From Candidatus Bathyarchaeia archaeon (GTDB taxonomy: Archaea; Thermoproteota; Bathyarchaeia; Bathyarchaeales; Bathycorpusculaceae), in contig JBEKSS010000002.1 in the NCBI GenBank assembly GCA_049516875.1, forward strand, positions 32,001 through 96,000: a stretch of DNA of 64,000 bases, written 5' to 3'. The position numbers and the translations under genes were made by a program. Of the stretch, positions 49,960 to 60,700 are shown in pieces. Under the pieces are notes generated by a model. The model saw only the letters and a list, made by a program, of their open reading frames with translations, did not search any database and was not told where the DNA came from. The stretch's first letter is position 1. Each line of letters begins with the position of its first letter.

Positions 49960-51681
49960 ATGCAAAATGGAAGCGCTCTCTGTCACCTACAAGAATATGC
50001 TGTGGGAAAAATCAGGAGTTCTTTGGGGAGTTATCGATTTTTTATTAAGACTATATCTGATAAGGTGAAAAACTTGGAAAGGAGTAAACTAGCACTTTTG
50101 CCATTTTTCGTTGGCTTAGCACTTTTATCTTACTCATGGTACACAAGCTATCCACTATCGATTGAATTCCCTGGCGATTTTGTTTTCAATCATATGTCAA
50201 TTTTTTATTGGCTCAGTCTTCCATTGGTATTAGGTTCTCTTTACGTATTAGGCGTATTTTCGAAAAGTCGTTCTTTGAAATGTGCTGTATCCGTGGCAAT
50301 CATTGTAGCCATTTATTCATTATCCTTCTTCTACTACTCAATGCCTACCGTCGATTCACAGTTTTTTAGGGGACTAACGGAGTATTTCATAAAAACGGGT
50401 AACTTGGACGCTTCTCAACCTGGTCACTTCTATTTTCAATGGCCATCTTATTTCTTTTTAGCTGACATTGTAACCTCTGTAAGCGGGTTAGAACTGATTT
50501 ATTTCGAATTTTTGTTTTATGCAATAATTGGCGTTTTGCTGACTGCAACATTGTATGTTTATGCTTCAAGACTCTTCAAAGATGGAGCTTTGTTGGGGGT
50601 AATTTCTTTTTTTATTTCAATGTATTATTTCTTGAATTTTCAAAGCTGTCCTTTTTCATTTGCTCTTGCGCTCACTTTCGTCTTGTTTATGTTGGAAACA
50701 CGAAAAAAGAGTGCCCCTTTGATTGTGTCGATGCTTGCAATATTTTTCTGCGTTTCATTGACCCACTATTTTGTCGCTATATTTTTTGTTCTTTATCTAA
50801 TTTTCCGGAGTCTCATAAACAGAAGCAAACAATACGCAACGCTCTCCTTGCTGGCATTAACCGTTTACCTAGTGACTCAAACCACGCTTGCTTCATGGAA
50901 CTGGATACAACTTACCATTGGAGAGTTGTTAACTTTGTCTCCAGAGTATGGATCAATCTCTCAAGCAACGTTGAATACTCCGGTTTCAATGCCGATTGAC
51001 GTAATAGCCCAGACAGTATCGAGGACCGTGACAATTGCGGTTGTTTTGGTGTGCATCATTGGTTGCGCTTTTATGTTGAAAAGGCGAAAGTTGAGGGCCA
51101 TTGATTGGGCCATTTTTCTTTCTAGCTTAGCTTATTTGGCTTTCGGTGCTGTTTTCCACACTCTGGGCTTAAGGGCTATCCAAGTGCTTTTCATTCCTGT
51201 CTCTTTGGGAGCTGCGTGTTTATTCGAAACCAGATTCAGATCGTATTTAAAAGGTCTATTTTTGGTTTTATTGATCCTTTTTGTTTTTGTGCCCATTCAC
51301 AACTCGTACAATTCCTTTTCTGGTAGTTTTGTCCCTTTCCAAACGAAAGAAGCTTCTAACGCTGAACACTTCCTTATGGATCACTATGACTGGACGAACC
51401 CAAGCCTAATACTTGCCCACTCTCCTGTAGGAGTATATTTGCTATCAAGTTTGGACGCAAAACAGATTAAAGCAGCATTTGAAGACGAGTTTTCGCACCT
51501 TTTTCCTAGGCTAAAAGAATATGACTGCATACTTTACACGGTGGGTCTTGGCAACAACTTCTTAGGGTATAATTACACAACAGAAGGGATTGCTTACGAA
51601 GAGAAGCTAAATGTTGTGTACAATAATGGTTTCTCCCAGATAGCAATAAAAGGTTCGCACTTTGCATCGGTGACCCCATGA
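49960..51681 (+). CDS. Polytopic membrane protein (GT-C/polymerase-like)
   Basis: About 13 hydrophobic segments, YFQWP loop, C-terminal VVYNNG; glycosylation context. Confidence 0.65.
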   Translation: MQNGSALCHLQEYAVGKIRSSLGSYRFFIKTISDKVKNLERSKLALLPFFVGLALLSYSWYTSYPLSIEFPGDFVFNHMSIFYWLSLPLVLGSLYVLGVFSKSRSLKCAVSVAIIVAIYSLSFFYYSMPTVDSQFFRGLTEYFIKTGNLDASQPGHFYFQWPSYFFLADIVTSVSGLELIYFEFLFYAIIGVLLTATLYVYASRLFKDGALLGVISFFISMYYFLNFQSCPFSFALALTFVLFMLETRKKSAPLIVSMLAIFFCVSLTHYFVAIFFVLYLIFRSLINRSKQYATLSLLALTVYLVTQTTLASWNWIQLTIGELLTLSPEYGSISQATLNTPVSMPIDVIAQTVSRTVTIAVVLVCIIGCAFMLKRRKLRAIDWAIFLSSLAYLAFGAVFHTLGLRAIQVLFIPVSLGAACLFETRFRSYLKGLFLVLLILFVFVPIHNSYNSFSGSFVPFQTKEASNAEHFLMDHYDWTNPSLILAHSPVGVYLLSSLDAKQIKAAFEDEFSHLFPRLKEYDCILYTVGLGNNFLGYNYTTEGIAYEEKLNVVYNNGFSQIAIKGSHFASVTP

Positions 51682-52022
51682 TTGCAAGTTTTGCCACAAT
51701 GATTCATGGGCCGCAAATGTATTACAACTTCGTTAGACCACACCAGGTCTTAGATGAAAAACCCCGCGATTGTGGGCTGCTTTCCCCGTCCCAGCAATCC
51801 TCTTTTTGTCACCAAGTGATTACATAATAGTTACAAAAATGACGTTTTGCTCGTTTTGTTCAAGTTAATTAACGAATTTTATACAGATCGATCGAAGTAA
51901 GATGTGCCCAATTGAAGTTCTGCTAGTCTCCTTTTAAGTGTATATGTCGGGAGAAGATTCCTGTAATAATGAGAAGTGTGAAGAGCTGGATACAATTCAT
52001 TTCAGATTGAGTTCTAAATGAG

Positions 52023-53051
52023 GTGTTGAAGTTGTCTCGATTTGATGTTTCCGTTATTGTGGTCAACTACAATTGCCATAATACGCTGAAAGATTGCATC
52101 AAAAGCATTCTCCTTTCCGAAGCAGTTGGAGAATTACTATTAGTCGATAATGCTTCTACTGACAAAAGTATGGATCTGATAGAGGAATACATTGCTGATG
52201 TACGTTTAAAGATTATCCGCTTAAACCGAAATATTGGTTTAGCCAAGGCAAGAAATCTGGCAGCTGCTAAAACAAGCAGTGATTACCTTGCCTTCACTGA
52301 TGCCGATACCATAGTTGACCCGGAATGGTTGCAGGAGCCATGTTTCCTTCTTGAGACGCACAAAGAGATCGGGGCAGTTCAGTGCGAGATCTTGAGCTGG
52401 AAGCATTTACACAAGATTACATTTGGGGAAGAGAGGTCGAGGGGGATCGACTGGAAGACTATGCCCGAAGAAATGCTCAATTCTTCTCGTCGAATCCTAT
52501 TTCCAAACGGTGTGGCTTTCATAATTAGGCGAGATGTATGGGATCTTGTGAAAGGTTTTGACGCTGCCCTTTTTGTAGGAAATGATGATGTAGATTTGGG
52601 AATCAGGCTTTGGCTGAGTGGTTATGAGGTAATATGTAGCTCTGAAGGAATAGTCTACCATGATGGTGGACACCTTAGACGTCGCAAAGATATTGCCCCG
52701 ATTTTTAAGTTCCACGGATACAAAAACATGCTCATTATTTGGACTAAGGATTTGCAGGCAGGGACGCTGGTGAAACAAGTGCTACCATTTTCATTACTTT
52801 ATCCGTTGGTGACTTTTTTGGATGCAGGGGTTTGGGGTGTCACGGGGCTGATTTCTTTCTTAGAAAGCTTACCCTCAATCCTAGTCAGGCGACATGACGT
52901 TCAACAGCTTAGAAAAATATCGGACAATAAGATAATACCGATGATGCATCGCGCGGGGACGTTGCCCATACAGCTCTTTACGAATGATTTTCGAATATTC
53001 TATAAGTATATTCTTCGAAGAATTAAAGCTATGGTAGCGCGCGCTAGATAG
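52023..53051 (+). CDS. GT2 glycosyltransferase
   Basis: VIVVNYN, VDNASTD, FTDADT, GFD...DDVDLGIR. Confidence 0.9.
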   Translation: MLKLSRFDVSVIVVNYNCHNTLKDCIKSILLSEAVGELLLVDNASTDKSMDLIEEYIADVRLKIIRLNRNIGLAKARNLAAAKTSSDYLAFTDADTIVDPEWLQEPCFLLETHKEIGAVQCEILSWKHLHKITFGEERSRGIDWKTMPEEMLNSSRRILFPNGVAFIIRRDVWDLVKGFDAALFVGNDDVDLGIRLWLSGYEVICSSEGIVYHDGGHLRRRKDIAPIFKFHGYKNMLIIWTKDLQAGTLVKQVLPFSLLYPLVTFLDAGVWGVTGLISFLESLPSILVRRHDVQQLRKISDNKIIPMMHRAGTLPIQLFTNDFRIFYKYILRRIKAMVARAR

Positions 53052-53082
53052 GATGTCCTGAACAAAAAAGAGCGTAGATTAT

Positions 53083-54504
53083 ATGATTCTCATTGTTGCT
53101 ACAATCTCTTTTGTATTTTCATTCATTGTCCTATTCTTGATCATGAGGTACCTAGCAAAAGGCAAATTGTGTACGGGGGATACTTTTTTCCATTTGCTCA
53201 TAATCGAGTCCATAAGAAAGCACCGATGGAAATATCCTTCATCGCTAGAGAATGTCGTTTTTGACTTGGATATTAAACCCTACAATTACCTAGCATATCC
53301 CCCCCTTCTTCACTATATCGTCGCGCTTCTTCCTAGAAGATTCCACATCGCGGCGGCTAAGATGCTCAATCTCGTCATACTTTCATTTGTGAGTAGTCTG
53401 GCTTCTATTTTTGTGTATACCATCACGTCAAGTTTTCCTCTTGCAGTAGTTTCAGCTTTTATCACGACTTTCAACCTGTCAACCTTTGAGAACACTGTCA
53501 TGTTTACACCCAGACCCCTTGGACTGCTCTTTTACTCCCTTCTTGTGTACGTTACGCTTCTTTTTCCGTCAGGTCTCCTTTCAACTCTCGCGATCACGAT
53601 TCTAGTCATGTTGGTAAACCTCTCTCACAAATTCGCAACTCAAGCGATGATCTTTGGTCTTCTGCCCTATGTCTTCATTTTTAGTAGGTTCGACTTATTT
53701 CTCTCAATCGCTCTAGGGTTCTTATTATCTATACTGGTGAGCAAAGGGTTCTATCTCAAAATTCTAAGAGAGCACTACAACTGGCTCTACTTCTATATTG
53801 GCGTTTTTCGTGGCGCGCGCGCGCGTGGCATACCTAACAGATCCATCCATAAGTTGGGTGCAGTGCTGAGCAGAAATTTATGGTATCTATTGATCGTAGT
53901 ATTAATGGCGGTTTATTCCATCTCAAAAAATGGAAGTCTATTCAGCAACGATTTGACTGCAAAAGCATCTTTTTGGGCTTTCATGCCTGTCATTACAGCC
54001 CTAATTATGTCCACTCCTGCGTTGTCATTTCTGGGAGAAGGATACAGGTATGTTCAATACGGTGTAGTTCCAGTTGGAATTGTGAGTTCACTTCTATTCG
54101 AAAGTTCGAATCTTTACATCTGGCTCGCTTTTTTTGCGTGTTTCTTTATGACTTTTCTGGAATTGTACATATATAAGAGACGTCTTCACGAGTCAAGACT
54201 TCTAGTCAATCCTAGCGATACTTCGGCGTACAGCTGTTTGGGAAACCACGAATCAGGCAACGTGCTCGTTTTTCCTCGTATTCGAACTCTAGAAGTCAAC
54301 TATTTAGCGAAGTTGCAGGTTGTCCATCTTGTGCGGCCTCGGCCAGGGACCGATCAGGAAACAGCGTACAAGTATGGGGTCAAACATGTCTTGATATTCA
54401 AGGGAGAGGACAAAGCATTGGCAAAGCTGAAGAATGCCTTCGATATGAGCAGAATTCTGACTTCTCCCTTTTTTGAATTGTACGAAGTGGTACCAAGAAG
54501 CTAG
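53083..54504 (+). CDS. Polytopic membrane protein (GT-C-like)
   Basis: GDTFFHL and YPPLLH loop motifs, many TM segments. Confidence 0.65.
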   Translation: MILIVATISFVFSFIVLFLIMRYLAKGKLCTGDTFFHLLIIESIRKHRWKYPSSLENVVFDLDIKPYNYLAYPPLLHYIVALLPRRFHIAAAKMLNLVILSFVSSLASIFVYTITSSFPLAVVSAFITTFNLSTFENTVMFTPRPLGLLFYSLLVYVTLLFPSGLLSTLAITILVMLVNLSHKFATQAMIFGLLPYVFIFSRFDLFLSIALGFLLSILVSKGFYLKILREHYNWLYFYIGVFRGARARGIPNRSIHKLGAVLSRNLWYLLIVVLMAVYSISKNGSLFSNDLTAKASFWAFMPVITALIMSTPALSFLGEGYRYVQYGVVPVGIVSSLLFESSNLYIWLAFFACFFMTFLELYIYKRRLHESRLLVNPSDTSAYSCLGNHESGNVLVFPRIRTLEVNYLAKLQVVHLVRPRPGTDQETAYKYGVKHVLIFKGEDKALAKLKNAFDMSRILTSPFFELYEVVPRS

Positions 54505-54766
54505 TCTAGCATTGAATGAAACACAGTGTACGCGCGCTGATGATGCGTAATGAACATCGAGTTGAAGTTACTGAACCGCGAAAAGCATGCAATACCAGGT
54601 GGAACACCAAAATACTTGAAACGAAAGATAGTGGTCTTGGTCATCGCTGTCTAAAGACGCACCTATTTGATAGATTTTTCAAGAAATATCAGGCTGTTTG
54701 GAGGCTCGGTTTCTGTTGACAAAAAGTACAAAAAAGCCCTTATAACGAAAAAATCGTTGAACAATC

Positions 54767-55804
54767 ATGATTGCGGAGAGAGCGGGCTTCATGAAGAACA
54801 CTGGGAACGTCATGAGTGGCAAACCTCGCGTGAGTATCGGTTTGCCAGTGTTCAACGGTGAGAAATACCTCAAAGAAGCATTGGACTCTATTCTGGCTCA
54901 GACATATTCAGATTTCGAGTTAGTGATCTCTGATAATGCATCCACTGACCGAACTGAACAGATTTGCCGAGAGTACGCGGCCAAAGACAGACGAATCTGC
55001 TATTATCATAACGAAAAGAATATTGGGGCTCCTAAGAATTTTAACCGCGTCTTTGAGTTGTCCTCGGGTGAATATTTCAAATGGATCGCATATGATGATG
55101 TATACGCTCCGGAGTTTTTACAGAAGTGTGTAGCTGTACTTGACAAGGACCCATCCGCCGTCTTGTGTCACTCTAAGACCAGCCGCATCGATGAAAATGG
55201 CACCTTGGTAGGAAACTACGATCACAGGACGCTGAGGAGAATTAGTTCGTGGAAGCCGCATGAACGTTTTGGCGACTTGATCAGCATACGCAATCCATGT
55301 TGGGCGGTTTTCGGGGTGGTACGTGCGAGTTCATTTAAAAAGACGCCGCTTCATGGAAGTTACATTGGAGCAGACAGAAATCTGTTGGCAGAAATTGGTC
55401 TTATGGGTCGAATAATTGAAATTCCAGAACACCTGTTTTTCAGACGAGATCACCCCGAAGCTTATACTAGAAAGTTTTGCGAAAACAAGTTCGCAATAAG
55501 TGTAGATAATTACGCCGAACAATTGGCTTGGTGGTCAAAAGACGATTGGACTAACTTCCCCAACTGGAAGGACTGCGCTGAATTTTTCAGGTCTGTAAAC
55601 CGTGTCCCACTTAAGTGGTCTGAGCGACTGGCATGCTACAACCAAATATTCAGATGGTTTATCAAGGAAGGCTGGTTTTTTATGGGGGGCGACATAGAAA
55701 ATCTATTATTGCGCCGTTCACGCCTTGGACGCAAGTTGATTCCATTCGTCAAGTTGAACCTGAGGCACACAGTTATTCCAATCATCAAAAAATTCAGACG
55801 GTAA
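54767..55804 (+). CDS. GT2 glycosyltransferase
   Basis: PRVSIGLPVFNGE, ISDNASTD, YFKWIAYDD. Confidence 0.92.
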   Translation: MIAERAGFMKNTGNVMSGKPRVSIGLPVFNGEKYLKEALDSILAQTYSDFELVISDNASTDRTEQICREYAAKDRRICYYHNEKNIGAPKNFNRVFELSSGEYFKWIAYDDVYAPEFLQKCVAVLDKDPSAVLCHSKTSRIDENGTLVGNYDHRTLRRISSWKPHERFGDLISIRNPCWAVFGVVRASSFKKTPLHGSYIGADRNLLAEIGLMGRIIEIPEHLFFRRDHPEAYTRKFCENKFAISVDNYAEQLAWWSKDDWTNFPNWKDCAEFFRSVNRVPLKWSERLACYNQIFRWFIKEGWFFMGGDIENLLLRRSRLGRKLIPFVKLNLRHTVIPIIKKFRR

Positions 55805-55943
55805 AATGGAAGTACCATTCTCGCTGAAGCTTTGAGCACCTGATCGATCGCGCTCTAACTATTGGCAAACCACAAGGAAAAATAGGAGCCGCCTCATCTA
55901 ACTACATCACAATAAGACGGAATACGAAAGGAAGGTAAAGGGT

Positions 55944-56993
55944 ATGCGTGTTTTAGTTACGGGTCATAGAGGATACATAGGTTCGATTATGGTGCCTATG
56001 CTTGAAGGGGCCGGGTACGAAGTTGTGGGGCTTGATAATGACCTTTTCGACGGGTGCATATTTGGTGATCCGTCGATTGCTGGAGACATCCCTGCCATTC
56101 CATACGTGAAAAAAGATATCCGTGACATTGAACGATCAGACTTACAAAACTGTGATGCTGTCGTCCATCTGGCTGCGCTGTCAAACGACCCACTTGGCTA
56201 TTTCAACCCGCAAATAACGGATGAAATCAATCATAAGGCTTCGGTTAAGTTGGCCAAGCTGGCTAAGAAGGCCGGAGTCCGACGCTATATCTTCTCATCG
56301 ACGTGCAGTGTCTACGGTGCCTCCACAGCTGACACTGTGAATGAGGAATCCAAACCGCGACCCATCACACCGTATGCCGTTTCAAAGATACGTTCGGAAA
56401 AAGATATCTCCAAGCTGGCGGACTCGAGTTTCAGTCCAACCTTCTTACGCTCTGCAACAGCCTATGGCGTATCTCCTCTACTTCGGTTCGATCTGGTTCT
56501 CAACAATCTGGTTGCTTGGGCTCACACTACTGGAACTGTATTGTTAAAGAGTGACGGCATGGCGTGGCGTCCAATCGTACACATTGAGGACATATCGCGA
56601 GCTTTTGTGGCTGTCCTAGATGCATCTCACGACTTGATTCACAACGAGATTTTCAATGTGGGCATCAACGAGGAGAACTATCGGGTGCGGGAACTTGCTG
56701 AGATTGTGAAAGACACGGTTCCCGATTCACGGATTGAGTATGCAAAGGATGCTGAACCAGACAAACGTTCTTATCGGGTCAACTTTAACAAGATTTCCCA
56801 GACACTGCCCGAGTTCAAGCCTCAATGGAACGCGCGTCGAGGAGCCAAGCAGCTTTACGAGGTCTACAAGAAGGTTGGTTTCACTTTGGAGGAGTTTGAA
56901 GGACCTAGGTATAGACGCATTTCGCATATTGAGGAAGGCATTAAGACGGACCGTTTGGACAAAACGCTGCGTAGAAGAAATGTCAAGATATAA
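55944..56993 (+). CDS. NAD-dependent epimerase/dehydratase
   Basis: VTGHRGYIG, HLAALSNDP, YAVSK, RFDLVLNN. Confidence 0.9.
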   Translation: MRVLVTGHRGYIGSIMVPMLEGAGYEVVGLDNDLFDGCIFGDPSIAGDIPAIPYVKKDIRDIERSDLQNCDAVVHLAALSNDPLGYFNPQITDEINHKASVKLAKLAKKAGVRRYIFSSTCSVYGASTADTVNEESKPRPITPYAVSKIRSEKDISKLADSSFSPTFLRSATAYGVSPLLRFDLVLNNLVAWAHTTGTVLLKSDGMAWRPIVHIEDISRAFVAVLDASHDLIHNEIFNVGINEENYRVRELAEIVKDTVPDSRIEYAKDAEPDKRSYRVNFNKISQTLPEFKPQWNARRGAKQLYEVYKKVGFTLEEFEGPRYRRISHIEEGIKTDRLDKTLRRRNVKI

Positions 56994-57066
56994 ATAGCGC
57001 AGGCCAAGCGTTCCATTGTAGAAAATCTATTCTCTGAGGGCGCGCAAACTGGCGGAGCATTCTAAT

Positions 57067-58299
57067 ATGACTGAGGCAATGGGAAATGAACAATCAGGTA
57101 TTCATTGTTCATTATGTGGTTCGTCGGGATTGTGGGTTTTCTATGAAGTGACGGATGTTCCTGCGAGCTGCAATCTCCTATGGAGAAGCAAGGATGAAGC
57201 CATCAACTGTCCCAAAGGGAACATCAAACTAGCGTTCTGTCCGTTTTGTACCTTTGTGACAAACATTGCAGTGGAGCCAGAGAAAAACCAATACGGTCAT
57301 CGCTATGACGACTCCCTGTTTTACTCCCCTCACTTTCAAGATTTCGCGAGAAAACTGGCGATCAACCTGATCCAACGTTACGATCTGCATAACAAGAGCA
57401 TTATTGAAATAGGAGGCGGGAAGGTTGACTTTCTCTCCTTGCTGATCGAATTGGGGAACAACCATGGACTAAGGTTTGATCCTTTCTTAATGAAGGTTGA
57501 AGACAAAAGTCGAGAGTCAGTCGAATCAATTCCAAGCTTCTATCCACAGCTAGATAGGAGTAACAAAGCCGATTTTGTTTTCTCCTACTGCGAACTTGAG
57601 CACATGAATTATCCCAAAAACTTCCTGAGTAATTTGCGAAAAATATTCGGTTGCAGTTCAAAGACTCATGTTTTCTTTGCAGTACCAAATGCACTGAAGG
57701 CCTTTGAGGAAGGAGATTTCACGAACATTATCTACGAGCATGTTTCATATTTCACCATCCCCTCCTTGTTTCATCTTTTTTCTTCCTGCGGATTTAACAT
57801 CTCCGAGGTTACGGAGTCCAAAAATGGAGTCTTCGACTCAATTTACATTGATGCCACCCCCAAGACCCGAATGAAGTCAAGCTTCAAGCCGCATTTAAAA
57901 CCGGAAGCAGGCGAAATCAAAGACGGCATCACCTCATTTGCTGCCAAGTCGACCAACACGATCGAAAAATACAGCAGCAGACTCAAGCAGTTACTTAACA
58001 AAGGAAAACGAGTAGTCATATGGGGAGCCGGTTCAAGAGGCGTTACTTTATTGAATATCCTCAAGGATCCACGGATAGAATATGCTGTAGACATAAATCC
58101 CCGCAAGCAAGGTAAGTATGTGCCAGGAACAGGACAAAAAATTGTGGAACCGAAATTCTTGCTCACGCACCAGCCAGACTACATAATTTTAGCAAATGCA
58201 GCGTATGAAAATGAGATCAGGCATATCATAAGCAATCTTGAAATAAAGACCGAATTCATTCAGATCCAACATTCAGGATTAACTAATTGCTATTCCTAA
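57067..58299 (+). CDS. NDP-sugar C-methyltransferase family
   Basis: CSLC/CPFC Zn site, EIGGG, IYEHVSYF, WGAGSRG, VDINPRKQGKYVPGT. Confidence 0.85.
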   Translation: MTEAMGNEQSGIHCSLCGSSGLWVFYEVTDVPASCNLLWRSKDEAINCPKGNIKLAFCPFCTFVTNIAVEPEKNQYGHRYDDSLFYSPHFQDFARKLAINLIQRYDLHNKSIIEIGGGKVDFLSLLIELGNNHGLRFDPFLMKVEDKSRESVESIPSFYPQLDRSNKADFVFSYCELEHMNYPKNFLSNLRKIFGCSSKTHVFFAVPNALKAFEEGDFTNIIYEHVSYFTIPSLFHLFSSCGFNISEVTESKNGVFDSIYIDATPKTRMKSSFKPHLKPEAGEIKDGITSFAAKSTNTIEKYSSRLKQLLNKGKRVVIWGAGSRGVTLLNILKDPRIEYAVDINPRKQGKYVPGTGQKIVEPKFLLTHQPDYIILANAAYENEIRHIISNLEIKTEFIQIQHSGLTNCYS

Positions 58300-58450
58300 G
58301 AAGAGACGAAAAAAGCGACTGCAATTAGCGTTAGTCATCCGAAAGAATCCGAATTACCGAACTGTCGACCCAGACGCCCTTGACCGATTTCAACGCAAAT
58401 GGTTAAATTCTTGTCCAAACCTCAAACCTAGTTGACGCGGAGACACTGTT

Positions 58451-59512
58451 TTGAATCGATACTCAAGTCTGAGTGAGTCACAGTGGGTCGATCGATCGAT
58501 CGATCGTCGTGAATTTGGGTGGACAGGAGTCAAGGTCTCCGATATCGGCATGGGGACGTATTATGGCCACTCGTACGAAATCATGGCGCCACTCTTCCGT
58601 CTCCAAGGAGGGTGGGATAAAAAGATAGCCGCTTTAAAGGAGGGTTTGAGTCTCCTCCGTCAGCAAGGAGGGTGGCATAAGAAGATAGCCGCTTTGAACA
58701 AGGCTTTGACTCTCCTCCGTCAGCAAGGAAGTATGAGTGAGAAGATAGAGGCTTTGAAGAAGGGTTTGGAGCTTGGGATAAACCTCATAGACACTGCAGA
58801 AATTTATCAAACAGAGGATATAGTCGCAGAGGCGATCAAAGGCCACGAGAGGGGTGATTTATTCATTGCGACGAAGGTTCCTGGGAATAATCTCAGATAT
58901 GACGATGTTTTGAAGGCTGCTGAAAATAGTCTGAATAGGCTTGAGTGCTCTTACATCGATCTCTATCAGATTCATTGGCCGAACTCGAGAGTTCCTATTG
59001 AGGAGACTATGAAGGCGATGGAGAAGCTCGTGGACGATGGGAAGGTCAGATACCTAGGCGTGAGCAACTTCTCCTTAGAACAGATGAGGAGGGCCGAGGA
59101 AGCCCTCTCGAAGAACAAGCTTGCCTCCAACCAAGTTGAATACAATTTAATGGTTAGAGGAATAGAGAAGGATCTCCTCCCCTATTGTGAGCAGAAGGGT
59201 ATCGTTATCTTGCCCTACAGGCCAATCGCCCAAGGTACCCTAGCCAATCCCAACGAGAGACTCAAGGCAGTTATGGACGAGATTTCGCAGAAACACGGCG
59301 GCAAAACTCCGGCGCAGATAGCCCTCAACTGGTTGATGACCAAGAGCAACGTGATCTTTCCGATCCCGAGGGCTTCCAGACCGGAGCGAGTAATCGAGAA
59401 CGTCGGCTCAGTAGGCTGGAGCCTTGGCATTGAAGACATGAGAAAGCTAGAGGAGTGTGCGCATCTATCGATGCAAGTAGCACAAAACAGAAAAAAAGGG
59501 AATCACCGGTGA
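58451..59512 (+). CDS. Aldo/keto reductase with an internal 3x20 aa repeat
   Basis: TGVKVSDIGMGT, IDTAEIY, IATK, DLYQIHWP, LGVSNF. Confidence 0.92.
   Translation: MNRYSSLSESQWVDRSIDRREFGWTGVKVSDIGMGTYYGHSYEIMAPLFRLQGGWDKKIAALKEGLSLLRQQGGWHKKIAALNKALTLLRQQGSMSEKIEALKKGLELGINLIDTAEIYQTEDIVAEAIKGHERGDLFIATKVPGNNLRYDDVLKAAENSLNRLECSYIDLYQIHWPNSRVPIEETMKAMEKLVDDGKVRYLGVSNFSLEQMRRAEEALSKNKLASNQVEYNLMVRGIEKDLLPYCEQKGIVILPYRPIAQGTLANPNERLKAVMDEISQKHGGKTPAQIALNWLMTKSNVIFPIPRASRPERVIENVGSVGWSLGIEDMRKLEECAHLSMQVAQNRKKGNHR
58591..58770 (+). repeat. Three in-frame tandem 60 bp repeats inside the AKR gene
   Basis: Units start at 58591, 58651 and 58711 (ct.ctccgt...caagga...aagatag...gcttt). Confidence 0.9.
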
Positions 59513-59527
59513 TGTCTCCACTGGAGT

Positions 59528-60472
59528 GTGGTTCAAATCATTCATTTAGCGCGTTTAAGTCTGAACTGGCGCATGCCAGGTGATCCTATGATGGATCCTG
59601 AACCAATTGACGTTATCATGTGCACTTGGAATAGCAATAAGCTGCATTTCCGAAAATGCCTACTGTCTATTAAAAGAGAGGTTGACGTTCACCACTTTAT
59701 CGTCATCGACAGATATTCATCGGACGGAACCTTAAGAGTCGTACGAAGCGTGTTTCCAGATGCAAAGGTTTTTCAAACCACTGCCAACCTAGCTACGGCA
59801 CAAAGGATTGGCATAAAATACGCCGATACAACATATCTTGTTCTCATCGACGACGACATAGAGGTTTCTGTGGGGTGGTTCAGAAAGATGATTTCCTTCA
59901 TCAAAGGCGGAAAACAAGTCGCGGCTGTGCAAGGTTTCACGAGGTATTATCCAAGCTACATGGACAAGCCACGCCTGCTTGATCTTGGTCGTCGAAAAGG
60001 ACAAGTCAAGGAAATCACAGATGGTGCGTGGACGCACGACGCTGTTCTCATGGCAGAAGCGGTGAAAGATTTCAATCCTAGGCAGATAACTCATTCGCGG
60101 GGAGATTTCCTAATGGTACAACACGTTATCAAAAAAGGGTACAAGTGGTTCGAGATGAATCAGGTTCAAGCAACCCACTACAGAGGTTCTGACAGAGGTT
60201 TCTTGGGCGATCTTCACAAGAATTTTCTGAAGGAAAAGTGGAATGGAGCTAATGATAGATTCGTTCGCATGCATTCCTCTTCATGCAGTCGAGCAATTGC
60301 CCCCCTTCTACTGAACTTCCTCAAAACCACTCTATACTTTTCGAAAATATCGATTGCCACATCAGATCCAAGAATATCGTTACTCTACCTTTCGGGACAT
60401 TTCGGATACTTGAAGGGGTTTCTCTCCGCGAACGATAACATCGTGCCATACGAACTTCACACGCCAAGCTAG
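59528..60472 (+). CDS. GT2 glycosyltransferase
   Basis: DVIMCTWNS, IDRYSSDGT, LIDDDI. Confidence 0.85.
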   Translation: MVQIIHLARLSLNWRMPGDPMMDPEPIDVIMCTWNSNKLHFRKCLLSIKREVDVHHFIVIDRYSSDGTLRVVRSVFPDAKVFQTTANLATAQRIGIKYADTTYLVLIDDDIEVSVGWFRKMISFIKGGKQVAAVQGFTRYYPSYMDKPRLLDLGRRKGQVKEITDGAWTHDAVLMAEAVKDFNPRQITHSRGDFLMVQHVIKKGYKWFEMNQVQATHYRGSDRGFLGDLHKNFLKEKWNGANDRFVRMHSSSCSRAIAPLLLNFLKTTLYFSKISIATSDPRISLLYLSGHFGYLKGFLSANDNIVPYELHTPS

Positions 60473-60700
60473 CACGATGGTATGGGAAGTGTTAAAGGTG
60501 GTGGGCGCTCAGGCCATGTTATGATCGAGATCGATCGATCATCGATCTGACGTTTTGAGAAAAAGATATACTCCCTGATGCGCTAAGGTGATTAAGGATG
60601 CTTAAAGTGAATGAACTGACCAGTTTCAGCGAGTTTGGGAATCAAAAAGATGTTTGGAACAAAACTCAAATTGCTTTAGGCTCGAGAAGAGGCGAATTTT

